The notes under the pieces are model-generated. The model did no database searches. It saw nothing but the letters and a program-made list of their open reading frames with translations, and had not been told where the DNA came from. A DNA stretch of 64,000 bases from Balanoglossus misakiensis (Eukaryota; Animalia; Hemichordata): assembly GCA_040954595.2 (NCBI GenBank), contig CM082580.2:1478783-1542782 (forward strand). The letters are read 5' to 3'. Positions within the stretch are counted from its first letter, which is position 1. Every line of letters begins with the position of its first letter. Made by a program: the position numbers and the translations under genes. This document shows positions 13,241 to 28,019 of this stretch, in pieces.

Positions 13241-15988
13241 ACTTGACTTGCGGGCGCTGTTACTCCTCAATGAAAGCAGATAACGCGACACAAACTGGTC
13301 ATTTTTTTCAAACTTGTGCTATAAGTAATATGTGTGACCAACTCTATGACTTAATTTTTTGTTAATGACCTAATACCAAACAAATAGATATGATCTAATT
13401 TAAAAAAACTGTCCCAAAACTGCCAAACACAAAAATGCAAACATCACCAAAATTATACAATATCTTACTTCGATGAGAACATGCTTACCAAAGTTCAAAG
13501 CAATCTGACAAGTGGTTTCAACAAGAAAATCACAAGTTACCTCAAGAACACAAATAAGCAAATTTCAACAAAATTTTCAAACAACTTACAATTGCTTAAC
13601 CCTGAGAACATGCCTACCAATTCCCAAAGCAATCTGACAAGCACGAGGTTTCAGAGAAAACGATTTTTGACCAAAAATTGCAAAATTTGGCTCATAATTA
13701 CAAATGTGCAAACTTTGCAACAATTACACCTATAGGAAGATTTATACTAAATGTTAAAGAAATCAGCCAATTACTTTCATAGAAAATATTTTACCATTGT
13801 GTTAAAAGACAAAACATTCATAAAAAGTAGACAATTCACGATGTTAGCTTAGAACTTATATAGCTCTATGATCTTGGCATAAGAAACATGCATACCACTT
13901 TTCAAAGCAATCTGACCAGTAGTTCCCAGCTAACAACTGAGAACAGAATAGCCAAAATCATCACCAGCGCCTAACACTACATTTGATTTTAATCAGATGA
14001 AAAAGGGAAGTAAGCAGACCATTTGTTGGAGCGGCTGATCCTCACCTGAAATCAAAGAGACAGACAAAAGCACTCATTTTATCAGAATATTTATTTTATG
14101 TATGCAAAAATCCTAACATGATATCTCTGTCTACTTGTTTATCCTGATAGGAAAATTGTTAGAATAAAAATATCAAAGATATTTCTTCCTAACGCTGCAT
14201 ACACTATGTACATACTCTAGCAGTCTTGAAAGTACACTGAAATGTTTGTCAAAAGCTCTTCTTAAAAACTGCATAACATACCAAACTTTCAGTACAATAT
14301 AAGCAATATCCGGAAAAAAATTAAACCAACTTAGCATCTTATGCAAAATGAAAGAAATTGAGGAATCGTGTCCCCCCTTCCCTTCAGCACTATACATGAT
14401 TCTACAGCCTCAAGGTGTCATTCTTCACACAAACATAAAATGAATGGCTGAAATTCTAGAAATGTAGAAACAATGACATGTGAATATTGTTATTAAAAAT
14501 GTGATTTTAATCGTTTGGCAACTATGGTCACTTCCTAATAATTGACTATATTTCTTAACATGCATCTAATAGTTTGATTCTACCATGCTTGTCACGGATT
14601 TTGCCGATCACCAAACACCAAACACAACAAAATGGTTTAACAGTTTCACAAGCCATATGCCTAAGGGGACATCATCAGTTCATATGTATGGCCAGTCTGG
14701 CTACAGAGGTGAACTGACTATGTATATGCATGGGATTCTTTTATATCCCTTTGGTCACGTGACCAGTTTATATATTTTCTGCTATTTCCCCAAGGGATTC
14801 ATAGTCGATTCTATTTTCTTATCACCTGACGGATTCTGGCGAATCATGACACAGTGTTAGCATGAGGTATGTTATAAATACAGATATTACATACATACCG
14901 GTATTCAAATGAACTAATGGTTCGGTCCAAATCCATTGTTTCTGTTGGAAAAGTTGGATGTCTACACAGGGAACTGGGGGTGAATGGTGAGAGTGCTAAG
15001 AAAAAAGGCTGATGGTAATTTTCCATTTTTATCTAACCTGTATACATGTGTGGGCTTAATCTTTCCCAATAATGCTGACACACAACAAGTTAATTGTTTT
15101 ACAAAACTCTCCTTGAGAGTCAAATGAAGGCACCTGATATAAGCCCAAAGACTTCATTCTTTTCCACACACCACTTTTCTCTTTTCAAAGAGCTCCATTT
15201 CAAATTGTGTACACAAACAATGTCATTGTCACTGCCCAAGCCCAAACTTTCAAATTACAATGTGACATTTCAAAACACTGTTAGACTTCCCAATGAAACA
15301 TTAACTCTGGATCGGTATCCATTCAAATTAGTGACAGCCCCGGGGTTAGATTGTTGTTAATTTTGTTATAATGGTGATATTTAATTGTTTGGCTTTAACA
15401 AAAATTATTACATGGACGTATAAACGTGTTATGTCCACACATATGCTGTGAGTTCAGCTTCAATCCAATTTCATAACAAATTATTCAACAACAAAAATAG
15501 AAAATGAACATCAAGAGCTAGTGACTTCGTGGCTTTCACATGATAAATATACATTGCCCCATGCTAGAGTGTAATATTAACATGTCTCATACAACCTACA
15601 ATTCTCTGTATATAACCAAACACATTCATTATAGCTGCATTAGTTGGGTCACATAATCTGGAACCAGATAGGCTGACCTGAGCAATCCATGTTTTTGCAA
15701 GTGTTGTATTGTCACTGTTATAGTGTGACTTCTTTGGTGTAATGCTCCAATGAACATGTGAGTTTCAATTGGATAGATAAATGACCAATAACACAAAGTC
15801 TGTGATTGGGTAATACAAATGATTGGTATACAACTGGAAGTTCTGACACTGAAAGAGCTGTCTATTGCTCTCTTCCCTGAGGGAGCGATAGAGAGTAACT
15901 TTAGAGATACATTCTCCAATGATCAGGAGTTAATAAGGTATTAGTCTAGTATATAGCTGTATTTTATCTGCTTTGCTTTCAAAAAACT

Positions 15989-16277
15989 ATGCATGCCACT
16001 GGCCCAATAAAGCATGATACCCCTTGCAGGGAATCGTGATGTAATTAGCATTACTTTGAAGTCAATCACGGACTTTGTTTTTCCAATGATTGGTCAAAGG
16101 ATACATATGTGTGATTAAGGATTGGTACCATTTTAAATTTAAATTAGCCTTGCCTTTACTATAACCTTACACACAATCGCCATTGTTCAGTTTATGTCAG
16201 TGACTTTAAGGGGGATGGTAGTTACATCACAATTCCCAGCAAGAGCTATCAGGCTTTATTGGGCCAGTGGCATGCAT
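15989..16277. mobile_element. MITE with ~31-bp terminal inverted repeats
   Basis: Left ATGCATGCCACTGGCCCAATAAAGCATGATA; right end reverse-complements to ATGCATGCCACTGGCCCAATAAAGCCTGATA. Confidence 0.8.
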
Positions 16278-16320
16278 CACTCTTGATGTTAGTTTTGGAA
16301 GTGGAAAAAATATGGCTATA

Positions 16321-16529
16321 TACTGTAAAACATGAAATTTTCGCAACGGGAAATTTTCATAATATCAAATGTGGCAACTGTTATGCAACGATTAATTTTC
16401 GCATTCTCGAATTTCAATTCATCATTATTTCTGAAAAACATGTTTACGCGACTTTTTAGTTTCGTGTTTTTTTAGCACTTGCATGATTCGGGCGAATTTA
16501 TCTCTCATGAAAATTTCCCATTTTACATA
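16321..16529. mobile_element. Tc1/mariner-pogo-type MITE (TA-CTGTAAAA terminus)
   Basis: TACTGTAAAACATGAAATTTTC ... GAAAATTTCCCATTTTACATA; a related copy lies at 38772-38965. Confidence 0.6.
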
Positions 16530-16942
16530 CATCCTAAGAATCATTTTTTCACACCAGAAGACAATGCACAGTTGCTTTGTGTATGGCATACTTTGTATTA
16601 CAATAGACACTGACAACTAGTTACATCCTCCCAGCATACAAATATGGTTATATTGAAATAAGGCATTATGATGGAAACAATGTAAAGCTAATGCAAGAAT
16701 TAGTACAGACCGAGTATATTATGTTACTACACTGGAATAACAATTTCGTGTTATTTGATCTGTTTAAATTTTTTTTTTTAAATCAAGGAACACTGAAGAA
16801 TGAGTGGAGGTGATAGCTTTGGAATGGATATGTCTGTATACAGTAAATGAGAGTGATAAATATTCCAAATCCCCAATACTTGACTGTCTGGAAAAAACCT
16901 TGAGAATTTTCTGACATTTCTTTGGGCATCTGGGTTTCATTT

Positions 16943-17266
16943 AGTATATAGAAGTTACAACGGTAATGAAGGCATGAACAGTCTCCTGTTCATTATAGTC
17001 AGTTTCCTGTAAGAATTTATTGATTCGGAATATCAAAAAGACTCATGTCAACAGCCAGCAGATTACTACATGATTGTTGCAGTGTTTGTTGCATGCTGGG
17101 TGCCAAGTCCATCTGAGGTACCTGTGGTCGCGGCCGTGGCTGTTGTCCTAGTTACAGCTGTTGCTGTTGTTGTTGTGATAACTGTTGCTGTTGTTGTTGT
17201 TGTTGCCATGTTTGTTGTTGTGGTGGTGGAATGGTTGCTTTTGTTCCGCTGGCTTGTTGCTGCTGC
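16943..17266 (-). pseudogene. Q-rich putative terminal exon (QQQQASGTKATIPPPQQQTWQQQQQQQQLSQQQQQQL*LGQQPRPRPQ...)
   Basis: Acceptor TTTAACTGCAG at 17267, CAA/CAG-rich sequence and an internal TAA. The 3' boundary is uncertain. Confidence 0.55.
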
Positions 17267-18830
17267 TGCAGTTAAATACAAACAAAACAGTTTTCTTTTA
17301 AAGTCACTTCACAGCAAATGGCAATGTATCAGGAGACACTTCTTTTTAATTTTCTTTACATTTGTCAATCAGACTGAAATTTAGGGCGGCATATAGTTAG
17401 TTACTGTACAATGGGAAATTGATTTAGGCTGTGTCTAAAATTGATGGTTAGTTTCAAGACCCCTGTTGACCTAATTAATTATGTACACTCCTAATTCTAG
17501 GCTAACCAATAGATCTAGAAGTTTAGATTTTGTAGGACATAGATCAGTTTAGGATCAAAACTTTTTGACAAAATTTTGGGTATCCACAGCAGATAATCCT
17601 TAGCATTCTGTAGGAACCCTGGGAATTGCTTGGGCCCAGTGAACACTGCTTGCAGCTTTAATTCACCATGTTCTCAGATGCAGACATTTTGAAGAGAATA
17701 TGATTTAAATTCTAAGCAGACTTTTGTTAAAGTGTAATGTTCATCTAACACACATTTGCCAAAGCAGAGACTCTAGTTACAAAATTGTTATCTATGCCAC
17801 AAGTGCTGTCTTAACAACAGACAAGGTGGCGGCAACCATAGTCTGTGTCATAGATTAGGAAAAGACAGCAAATTGAGTGAAAAGAAGAGACAAAACTAAA
17901 TTCTTCTTATCTGGCATGCAAGAAATATAGAAGGAAGCGAAGGCAGTCCACTATATGAATGCACGCACATAAAATTGTGCAGAATATTTGGATTGGACGT
18001 TATTTTGTACACACAAAATTAACGCATATGTGCATAAGAGTAAGATGATTGTCGTCATTTAAAACTGTCTGTCAGAGGTTATCATCAGTGCTTCCACACT
18101 GGTACCATGGAAAAACTAGAGGAATTGAAAATAAGAATGAGACAAGATTTGTTGTATTTCTTTGTCAGTAATTTAGGTCTGCTTTCCTTCCAGCTTTTCC
18201 CCCCACACTAAAACTGAACAGGTTGGACCAGTCACACCTCCCTTAATCCTATTGGTCCCAATGTTTATTTCATCAATATATCTATGGCATGCTGACTTGG
18301 ACAATAATTCTGACACAAAATTGATCATGAGTGTGAACTGATTGCATAAACATTTTTCGAAAGTACTTCCTGTAAAAAGGGAGGAGGCTCCACACACCAG
18401 ACTATTTTTGTTTATGTACATGACTTACACATGCGGGGGTTGTCAACTTGATGAAATAGCCATTCTCTAGATTTCCTATTGTTATAAGAGTGTACATAAA
18501 CATGAAAAGTAAAATCATGAATATTAATAGATGTGGTGCGTATGGCCGATTTGAGGCAAATCAGCCATACCCACCACGTCTAAATCTGTGTGGGGAAAAG
18601 TTGTCATGTTGGGCAAATAGTTCATTGAATTTATTCTGTGTGACTGTCAGGTCTTCAATACATTAAAATCATTTTGGGAATGGCACAGACCATGTTATTT
18701 GTACCATCAAGAAAGCTCCTTTTTGAGAAAACTGATTTCATTTTTCCCCACATAACAATTCCCAGAAGTGCCACTGGTACCAGTCTTGGTTTTCAAAATA
18801 TTCACTGTACACATTATTATGACAACTTAC

Positions 18831-19082
18831 TTGTAAGAGGTGTTTTAGTTGTTGATTTGTTGATTGTATATTGGATGGCTGTGCTTGCACTGCTTGTTGT
18901 TGTTGTTGTTGTTATTGTTGGGCTCTCTCTTGTTGTAACCTTTGTAATTGCTGTTGTTGTTGATGTTGTTGTCTTAGAGCTATGAGTTGACTTTGTCTGG
19001 CATGTTGATCTTGCTGTTGTTTCAATTCAAGTTCTTTTTTCTGTGCCATCTCTAGATTCTTCTGCAGTGCTTGAATATTCCT
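18831..19082 (-). pseudogene. Q-rich coiled-coil exon ending in an LxxLL box (RNIQALQKNLEMAQKKELELKQQQ...RAQQ*QQQ...STNQQLKHLLQ)
   Basis: TTTCAG acceptor, GTAAGT donor, 252 bp, phase 0-0, with one stop in the CAA run. NQQLKHLL resembles the MED25 NR box (NPQLRSLL, recalled from memory). Confidence 0.7.
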
Positions 19083-20194
19083 CTGAAAGATCAAACAAAG
19101 AAAAGTGTAAACATTCAAACATTGTCATCTGTGTCAATCTACCTACATGTAACATGACTACAGGAGCTTCAGCCAAGCCAAGCTTTTCACTTGGGAGATT
19201 ATTGAAATCAATTTAAAACTCAGCAACTCCAACTTCGGGTTATTTTCTCAATACTTTTGTTTTGGCGGTCACCTTTCATTGAACAATGAATGGGCAAGTG
19301 CTCGCTCACTTCTTCACTGAATTTCACTGTTTGTTTATCTTATCATAAAAAAACTTGGGCATCGCAGTCCTTTGGACAAAAATATTCATGTGTGGTGATT
19401 TAAAATCAATGTTGCAAGAAGAAGAATTAATCACAGGATTAACGGTTTCTGATTGAAAAATACTAAATGCTTAATATGCCATATGCCGTACACAGAGTGA
19501 TCACATTAGTCAATAGGACAGCTGTTCCAAAGGACTAAAATGATGGCAACGTTTTAATATTATATTTATTTTACAAAACCTTGCATCTGAGCTTTACTTT
19601 AAAGTACTTCCATTTACTAGTAGTACAAGTGCACATCAGTTAACATTGACAGCTAGGCATGACGTCATAGATGTAGGACTTCAAAATGGACATTCTGAAC
19701 AGTGGGGGCGCTCTATCATGGTGGATTTTAATGAACATGTGTATTTAATTTCATCACTCACATTTGTCCATGGAAACTGTATTTTAACATACGCTTATAG
19801 TTAAGGCATTTGCAGTATCTAGTCATATTACAGTAATACACCAGACATGTTCTTAACTCAACTAAATGTGTGTAAGTTCAATTTCTGACCTCACTCAGAT
19901 TACCCAAGTCCATGTGACAAACTCTACTGCAAGTATACAGACTTGAACTCCGGAAAAACTAGTCACCTACAATACTTGAAATGGAGCCACATCCAAAACT
20001 TGACTTTGAGATCTTTTATCAAATCAGTTTTCCTTTTAGAATTAGAACTCCCATGCAATTTTTGTGACAGAGGAAATAAATAGATTCTCAGAAAAAAACA
20101 GTTTCCTCTTTAAAGATCCAACCTTACCATAGAAAATAAAAGGTTTAGACTGAACCATAGTGGTGAAAGGGTTAAGCCAGAGCATGTATCAAAA

Positions 20195-20368
20195 TACAGT
20201 AAAACCTGTCTCAACCGAACCCTGTCTAATCTGGAAACCTGTATATTTCAAAGACATTGTTCAAACCTTTTGACATAGAACCACATGTTGAAAGAACCTC
20301 TTTAAATTGTACACCTGCAATCTGAACAATTTCTTCAGTCCCTTTGGTGTTAGACAGGTTTGACTGTA
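20195..20368. mobile_element. Tigger/pogo-like MITE
   Basis: TA-CAGTAAAACCTGTC ... GACAGGTTTGACTG-TA termini. Confidence 0.75.
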
Positions 20369-20824
20369 CTTGAAAGTGCAATTGAACAAAAATGCTAAAA
20401 AATATAATTGCAGAGAGTCAGTATTTTAGGCTGGGCATCATCTACATAGTTCCCAGAGTCAATACTGTCACAGTAGTCCATTTCTCTATGTACCAAATTT
20501 TAATAAAACATTGCTATGCAGTCATGTTACCCTTCCAAGATGCAAACATGAGGCCAGTTGGTCACAAAGTAAAAACTTGATTGTCTTGTGTATCAACACT
20601 ATAGTTGGGACTTATGTTCGACAGCCACATTTTATTGTAAGGTCAGTTTTACACGCAACTTGTATCATGTATACAACAAACTAGATGAGCTCGAGCAGTA
20701 CTCTACTGACCGCCTTTTTCACATTGTCTGCATTGAGATGACACTTTATTTTGGAAGGCTGCCCTCTTTATGAAAAATGTCATGATTGTGTTACACGTAA
20801 AAAAGACAGAAATCAACACAACAG

Positions 20825-21011
20825 CAGTCAAACCTGCTCATTATGGCTAGTGAAGGGACTTTTCTAAACTGGCCTTTATAGATAAGTGGCCATTATACCT
20901 TGTAGAAAGTCAATTAATGTAGATGTAAATTGCACAGGGACTAGAATAAAGTGGCCACTATATAGAGGTGGCTGCCTAATAGAGGTGGCCACTCAAACAG
21001 GTTTGACTGTA
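20825..21011. mobile_element. Tigger/pogo-like MITE
   Basis: CAGTCAAACCTG ... CAGGTTTGACTG-TA termini with internal AGAGGTGGC subrepeats. Confidence 0.75.
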
Positions 21012-21150
21012 TGTTGATTTGTGTCATGAATAGCCGACATTTACCAATGACTGATTGTACAATATATGATTTCAGTGTCACATATACATGTATAAGACAC
21101 TAAGTACAAACCCATACATCTTACTTTCTCTCCAAATTGTAGATACTCAC

Positions 21151-21260
21151 CAACGCATGTATGTTGAATCCTGGTCTGCAACCACACTGGTAACTGGTTG
21201 GTGTGTTGTAACATACTCGTTGGCATGGTGACCAACCAGCTTGATCGCACTCATTGTCAT
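21151..21260 (-). pseudogene. EGF-like exon 4 (DDNECDQAGWSPCQRVCYNTPTSYQCGCRPGFN...), frameshifted before the sixth Cys
   Basis: CTGCAG acceptor and GTGAGT donor; D-x-N-E-C and C-x-N-T-x-x-S-Y-x-C-x-C-x-x-G-F motifs; the final ACA TGC GTT G (T-C-V) is out of frame. Confidence 0.8.
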
Positions 21261-23116
21261 CTGCAGGGAAAACACAAATATCATAAAATGTATTAGAATG
21301 AATACATGTGAATTACAGTTGTCTTTGAGTGGACATTTGAAAATATACGACAAGAGAGCAAAATTGTGTGAAACTTAATAAATATCATCTGGCATACAAC
21401 TTGGTCATATCATATGTTTATCTGTACCAGTACTGAATACTGATAAACAAACAATGTAGTAACCAAATAACATTTAACAAGGTAGTGTTTGAAAGCCAAA
21501 AATATCATGCATAAGACAACAAACTCATTGTTTTGGCTCCGAAGTGTAAACAGAGGAGTCTGTCAAGTTGGGTATGAGCTACTACTTCCGTCTGTCAAAC
21601 TACTTCCGTCCGTCAAGAATTCATACCATTTTCTAGTAGGGGTGTGTAGCTTTATGTTTTTGGCGGTGGTGTGTAGCTTTGAGGTGTTGAGGAAGAATTG
21701 GAACAGTGACAGAAATCGGAACGGATTAGCCAGCAGTGTTTTCACTACCCGCGAGAAAACAGTTGTGTTTGGCGAGACGATTTTCATACAAATTGGTCAA
21801 ACTTGTGAAGAACTGCTATCTAACATCGTCATTTGTTTTGCCATGATCAACTTGCCACGATCAGTGCACTACAATGCGTGAAATTGGACCGCTGTTCTGT
21901 TCATTGATCATCACCCCCCCCCCCCCTGTATCATGAACATTGTAAGGCAATACATTGAATTCAGCTCTTCCAGCTAGTGGCCGCACTCGCTTGATTTCCT
22001 GTGTGTGTCTCTGGGGACACAAATAATGCATATGCGTCTTTTTCTAATTTGCATATTTTGAATTGGTTAGGTGTGCCTTGACTTGAACGCGTCAAGCGTA
22101 CAGGTTGTTATGGAAGTTTCTTTTTAGAACGACTAGTGTTAGTCTGTGGGCCCAACCAGCAAAAATAAGTTCTAGAAATGTCATTATGTTGTATAAGAGT
22201 TTTGTTCTACATGAAATTAGCTGGAAATGACAGGTGGGAAACTATTGATGTGAAATCAGGTCACTTCTACCGAAAATGATGGACCAGAGAGCAATGACTT
22301 TTTAAAATTATTTCATATACTATGTTCACAACTGCTATGCTCCCATAAACTGGGGAAACTAAATGATTGAACTTTCTGTTTGAACAATTCATGTATTTTT
22401 TTGCTAACACCTACACTACTATAGTCAGCACATGACATTACCTATATACTTGAAAATGGAGAACTTTTTATCAAAACACTTAAGCTGATCTTGAATGCTG
22501 TCTGATATTTTTTTTCAAAATATATTTCTTTCACGTTTAGACTAGTGCTTCTACTTGCACTGTTTTTTTTTCAAAACACATTTCTCATAGCTTGCACTGG
22601 TGCAATTTGATACGACAATACACAATGAATTCCATCAGTATAACATAAGATACAAAATCTGAGAGGGAAATGACAGAATATATTTGTGTGAGGCCATTTG
22701 TGTGTGCGGGCCATTTTAAGACTAAATTTAAAACAGTTATTAGAGCCATTGACAAGTGGTTTTTCCCTCTGCCAAGCACCCACCTTATCAAGCTTCATTC
22801 AATATTACATGAGCAAAACAGTTCAGCATTTCACCTTGGTGTTTGCAAATTGTTCCTTTCACCCATATACCAAACCACTGTTCTCCAAACATGCTGCTCA
22901 TCAGCCACTACACACTGAGAGAGCACCAGGTGTCCTTGACGCTATTTTTTTAAATTTCTAACTATGGAAAGTGCCTGATAACTTTTAATTATTTTCTGTT
23001 TTAACATGGTGACTGACTGTAAAGTCTGTCACTTACAACTTCTGTAAGCGCCCTTTTGAAGCAGGAAATGCAAATCCATTGTTGACCTATCCCCTCCCCA
23101 CTCAAAAAAAACTTAC

Positions 23117-23236
23117 CTAAACAATTGACATGCTCTGCACTCAGAGAGAAACCATCATCACCACAACTACAGCTGAATCCACCCTCTGCATTGAGAAAAC
23201 CTCCAGCACAAACAGAATCTGAACACTCATTCACAT
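23117..23236 (-). pseudogene. EGF-like exon 3 (DVNECSDSVCAGGFLNAEGGFSCSCGDDGFSLSAEHVNCL)
   Basis: TTTTCAG acceptor, GTAAGT donor, 120 bp, phase 1-1. The frame is open but the third Cys is missing. Confidence 0.8.
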
Positions 23237-23553
23237 CTGAAAATAGAGAGAAAAAAACATCCGTTGTAATTATTCAAGTCAATACCAATCCTCCCTTCCT
23301 TTAAAAATTTCCATAAAGTGAACAAATTCACATGGCTTTGAAATTAGTATTAACAGTGATATTTCTAATATTTCTAACAGGCCTGACTTTTCTAAACTTT
23401 GAGTTTCTTTGTGGATTTGTAGAAATGATCTACAAACTGAGCTGTCAGGTCATAACTGTTTGTGCTTTGGCATGTACACATATCCCAGTATGCCCTACAT
23501 GGTTGGCAGTGAAATTGATAAAATCTTCACCTAAGATTTCAAACTCGTAGATC

Positions 23554-23960
23554 TTAATAGATTCTCACACTCCTGGCATGCTGAGAGTGTGCGATCAGAG
23601 TGTGAGAACAAATCAATCCCACACACTCACTGAATCGAAAGCTGTATATGACGCGAGCGCCGATTGGATGACAAAGCGTTTTTTAATAACGTGCGCTAAA
23701 TGTTATCCAATGACACGATAAAGAAACTACATGCCAGATGACAATTCAAGAGTCATTTATTCAATGTTTTAAGACGAATTTAGCTAATTTGTGCCCGTGT
23801 GAGAAATATAATCTCATACACAAAGGACCTATGATCATATTTCCCACACTCGTCAGGGATATTTTGTCCCACACTCGCCTGCGGCTTGTGTGGGACATAA
23901 AATCCCCAACTCATGTCAGAATTATGACCCCTAGTCCTTGGGAGTGTGAGATTCTATTAA
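23554..23960. mobile_element. Non-autonomous element with ~20-bp terminal inverted repeats (possibly Crypton-like)
   Basis: TTAATAGATTCTCACACTCC ... GGAGTGTGAGATTCTATTAA. The superfamily assignment is tentative. Confidence 0.65.
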
Positions 23961-24919
23961 TCTCACAACCTTAGGACCTGGGATAAGATTTCTCAGATGA
24001 GTTGGTGATATTTTGGCTTGTGTTAGTCAACATATACCTGATAAGTGTAAAAAATTGCGTCAAGGACACAGTGGTCCCATTCAGTCTACACGGAGTACAT
24101 ATACACAGTCAGATCGCACGGTGCTCATTTGCATATGAAAGTTCATCAAGCGAGCGACCGTTAACTTTCAAACAGACGGCAATAGGCCAGTTTTCAAGGT
24201 GATTTTCAACTTGATTTTTACGCTCTGTTGTGCAATAAAATACCATGTTAGCTGGATAAATTACGAAAGTGATTCCCATTTTTCACTGCATACGTAAATT
24301 TTATGAAAATCTGTGGTAATAGTAAAAGTTTTTAACGTGTTTTCGGTGGTATGTTGGTGACCCCGAAAGAGACGTCCACAAACGTGTCAAAAATCATTTG
24401 AAAACGACCTCAGAAAGTAACCAAACTTTCCTGATAGAGAGGTCTAATATCGGTCCCAACATCCGTGAAAAGAAATTAATTTGAAATGCTTGCGTAACAG
24501 GAAGTGTTGCATTGATCGTGAAACGATAAGTTTACCATGGGGAAACAGTCTTTGAAAGGCAATTCTTAAGTAAAACAGTTACTGGATAATGGATAACACC
24601 CTAAGGTAACATATTAGCCAAGTTTTAACTTAATTACTGGCCTGATTTCGACACAACATCGATCAATCGCCTACAAATGTAGGTCCCATATGGACAGAAT
24701 GCCAGGTTTACCATACATGACTACGTACGTGTGAGGAGCACAGCTGGTGTATTTTTTTTTCTCCGTATCATGGCCTGGGATATAAGTAGATGTTTCGAAA
24801 ATGCAAAATGCCAACTGTAACTTCGAAACCATTTCCCTTTATTCGCTGATGATATGTGCAATAAATATTTGTGTCTGAAGGCAAGCAATTTTGTTTTGAC
24901 TTTTGTTGTCATCATTGCA

Positions 24920-25765
24920 TTGGGCTGAACATGACAGAGTTTGAGCTGATCAGGTGACTTCAAGTTTCGATTTGGAACATATAATTTGATCATATCAGAC
25001 AGATATGATGGTCCAAGTCTATGAATGAATTCAAAAATAAGAAATAACATCTTGAAAACAATACGATCAGACACAGGTAACCAATGCAACTGAAATTGCA
25101 TTGATGTAAAAGGTGATTTTGGAACTAGCAGCAATATTTTGAACTTGAATACGACTGATCTCGTACTTAGGGAGCCCAAATAAAAGTGAATTACACAAAT
25201 CTATTCGAAATGCAACAAAAGCAGGAACTTTATTGCTCTGTGGCGGCTTGAGATAAATATTTACAGACAAGTGCAATATGCTGCAAATGAAAAGCGACTG
25301 AATGGCAGATCTGTGCAATCATTGTCAGACAATGAACAGGTTTCAGAGCATCACATGAATTTCTGTAATCCCTCTGGCAGATAGATTACCCGAAGTAGCA
25401 GAAAAAATAACAAATTCAGTCTTATCGTTATTTAAACACAAGACATTTTCAGACATCCAGTACCGCATAAAGCATTCTGGGAGCATTCTCGTTGGTAAAA
25501 GACAATGAAGAGCCATCTGCATAAAAGCTATATACAGGCATCCATGACTAGAAACTAATTTCCCTAATGGAGAAGTGTACATATTAAAAAGTAGAGGACA
25601 AAGAAGTGATCGTTGTGTTACCGCAGTGTCAAGCAGATAAAATGGTGATTGTTTGGAACACGGTTATAGTAACCATGTCTGAAATTAACACATACACACT
25701 GGGTGCGATTGAAAAGGTATGACTGAAACCACAACAGGGCTGCAACCCCCAAAAGACCAAATCAA
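24920..25765 (-). mobile_element. Degenerate L2/CR1-group LINE reverse-transcriptase fragment
   Basis: WFQSYL..RTQCV, a degenerate GVPQGS (AVTQRSLLCPLLFNMYTSPLG), LCLNNDKTE, RIDLCNSLLFGLP and LHWLPVSDRIVFKML...YVPNRNLKS. Confidence 0.85.
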
Positions 25766-28019
25766 TTTCTTTGATGATTCATTAAATGTCATCACAGTCA
25801 CCATCATTGGAATCACAATCACCATTCTTTGAATAATCAGTTTGTTTTTCTTCCGTCCAGTTATATTCATCAGTCAGTTCGTCAAAGTCAGAATCAGTCT
25901 CGTAAATATTTCCCTCTTCTTCTCTTAAAATGTCAAATTCATGTGACTCCTGTAAAATTGCATCAATGCTATTTTCCATATTATGATGTTCAGTATCAGT
26001 GATTGGTGATGGTGATTCTAATAGTGGTGACTTATCTGTATATTTTGGGCATACCCCATACTTTTTCGATGTGGTACAGAATCCAGGATTCCCATTATGT
26101 GGATTACTGCAGTCATTACATCAACACGCAGGGCCACAACCATTGTGGGTCTTATAACATTTACAACATCTGCTATTACAAGTTGGCATCTTTTTGCAGC
26201 CACACCCTTTTGTTAGCAACTCCAAATTATTTTTCACTTTTTCTAAATTGGCATCACTGTCCTAAATAATATCAAGTTCGCCGTTGCTTAGTCTGTATCC
26301 ATAATTATTGAATAAGGGAAACGTAACATGGCACTGATCGGCCTGGGACCATAACTGAGAGACCCAGCATGATCTTTTCCAGTGCAGTTGTAGGGCTTCA
26401 AAGGAAGGGATACATTCTTCCTCATACTGGATACGTGGGCAAATTGTTTCTCGTATATATGTAAGCCATTTGATGTGGTTATCTTTAAGACTGTTAGTGA
26501 CACTGGCTACTTGTCGATAAAGTTCAAAAGGATGAGATGCATCAAATGCTTGGAAATGTTTCTTAACATAAACACTACCTTTTAAACGTATGAAAGCGAA
26601 AATTCCATTCCCTACACTGTCTACTGTTGTGTCTATCAGTGTTCCAGGTATAAGGGTGCCACTAGTTATAAATTCAGAGTATTGAAAAAATGTCTTGTAG
26701 AAAGATTTCCTTCCGATGCCTGCAAAGTATAGTCACAACCTGTGCATATGAACAGTGTTTGAAATATTTTGCCTAAATATTGGAGGGGAATATGTTGCAA
26801 ATCAGGGTCTAAATTTAAATCTGATTTGAATTGATTCATGTCTAAATAAGTGAGATTTGATAAATCATTATCAAGTTGTACAAATATCTCCTTTTGAACA
26901 TGTTGATATAGTACTGGGAGGAGAACATGATAAGTATCGGTATCAGGGGAGTAAATAACACCTTTCTTGTAAGAGGACTGAACTGCATGAAGGATGCATC
27001 TACTGTCAGCTTCTTCATGACAACTTTTGGCTTCCCACTCAGACACAATTCCATTACTACCAACGAAAAGATTCTTGTCCCTATTTTCTCCATCAAAGCC
27101 ACCTGCTGTAATGAGGACCTGATCACCTTGCAGAGCCGGCACAATTATTTTTAAAGATGTGGCTGACAAGAAGTTCACTAGTTTTCTCTTGTTTGGCTTA
27201 CAATTGATGTATGTTTTGAGCTAATATTATTGATTACCTATTTTTTATGCATTTTTTTGTATTTTTCCATGTTATTAGTAAAAAGTCTTCATTTCTGAAA
27301 GTGATGGGCTTACTTCTTTGAAATTTAGCATGAAGCTTCCTAATGGTTGTCTGAGTAACCATAGTTTTGTTCAAATTGTTGCAAAATTTGCATATTTATA
27401 ATTTTGAGCAATATTTGCCATTTTTGGTCAATTTATTTTTCTTTAAAACCGCATGCCAGATTGCTTTGCAATTTGGTAGGCATGTTCGTAGGTGTAAGTC
27501 AAGTAATATGTTGTAAAAAATGTGATATTTTCATAAATGTGTTATCGGGGAAACTTTTGCAATTTTTGTCAAAAATTGTTTTCCTGAAACTGTTTGTCAT
27601 ATTGCATAGAACTTTGGCAGCATGTTCCTTGTAGTGATTGAGGTAAGGTATTGTACAATTTTGTGTTTTTGCCACTTTTGAACAAATATCTTTTGTGAAA
27701 CTGCTTGTTGATTGCTTTGAAATTTGTTTTTTCTCTGATTGCTTTGAAATTTGGGATATAATTTCATAACACATACATGTATATGTGCAACTTTTATTCA
27801 ATTCTGATATCAGAAATATTCAATATTTAGCGAGTTTTTATGAAAGTTTCTTTGTTTTTGGTTAGCAAATCTTCTCCTTAACCAATTATCCAGTTGTTTT
27901 GAAAGTTACTGTTTACAAGGAGTCGTTACCCCCAACTTAGACATGTTTACATAACTTCAATAAGCCAGCTGTCAGAGAGACCATGGGCTATTAAATTTTT
28001 AATTACCAGTGGCAGGTCA

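Noticed and set aside
17070-18985. Plus-strand Val-rich 'membrane protein' ORFs (17070-17384, 18674-18985) and the Thr-rich ORF 17066-17281
   Set aside because: They are the antisense or alternative frames of CAA/CAG-rich Gln exons whose splice sites are on the minus strand.
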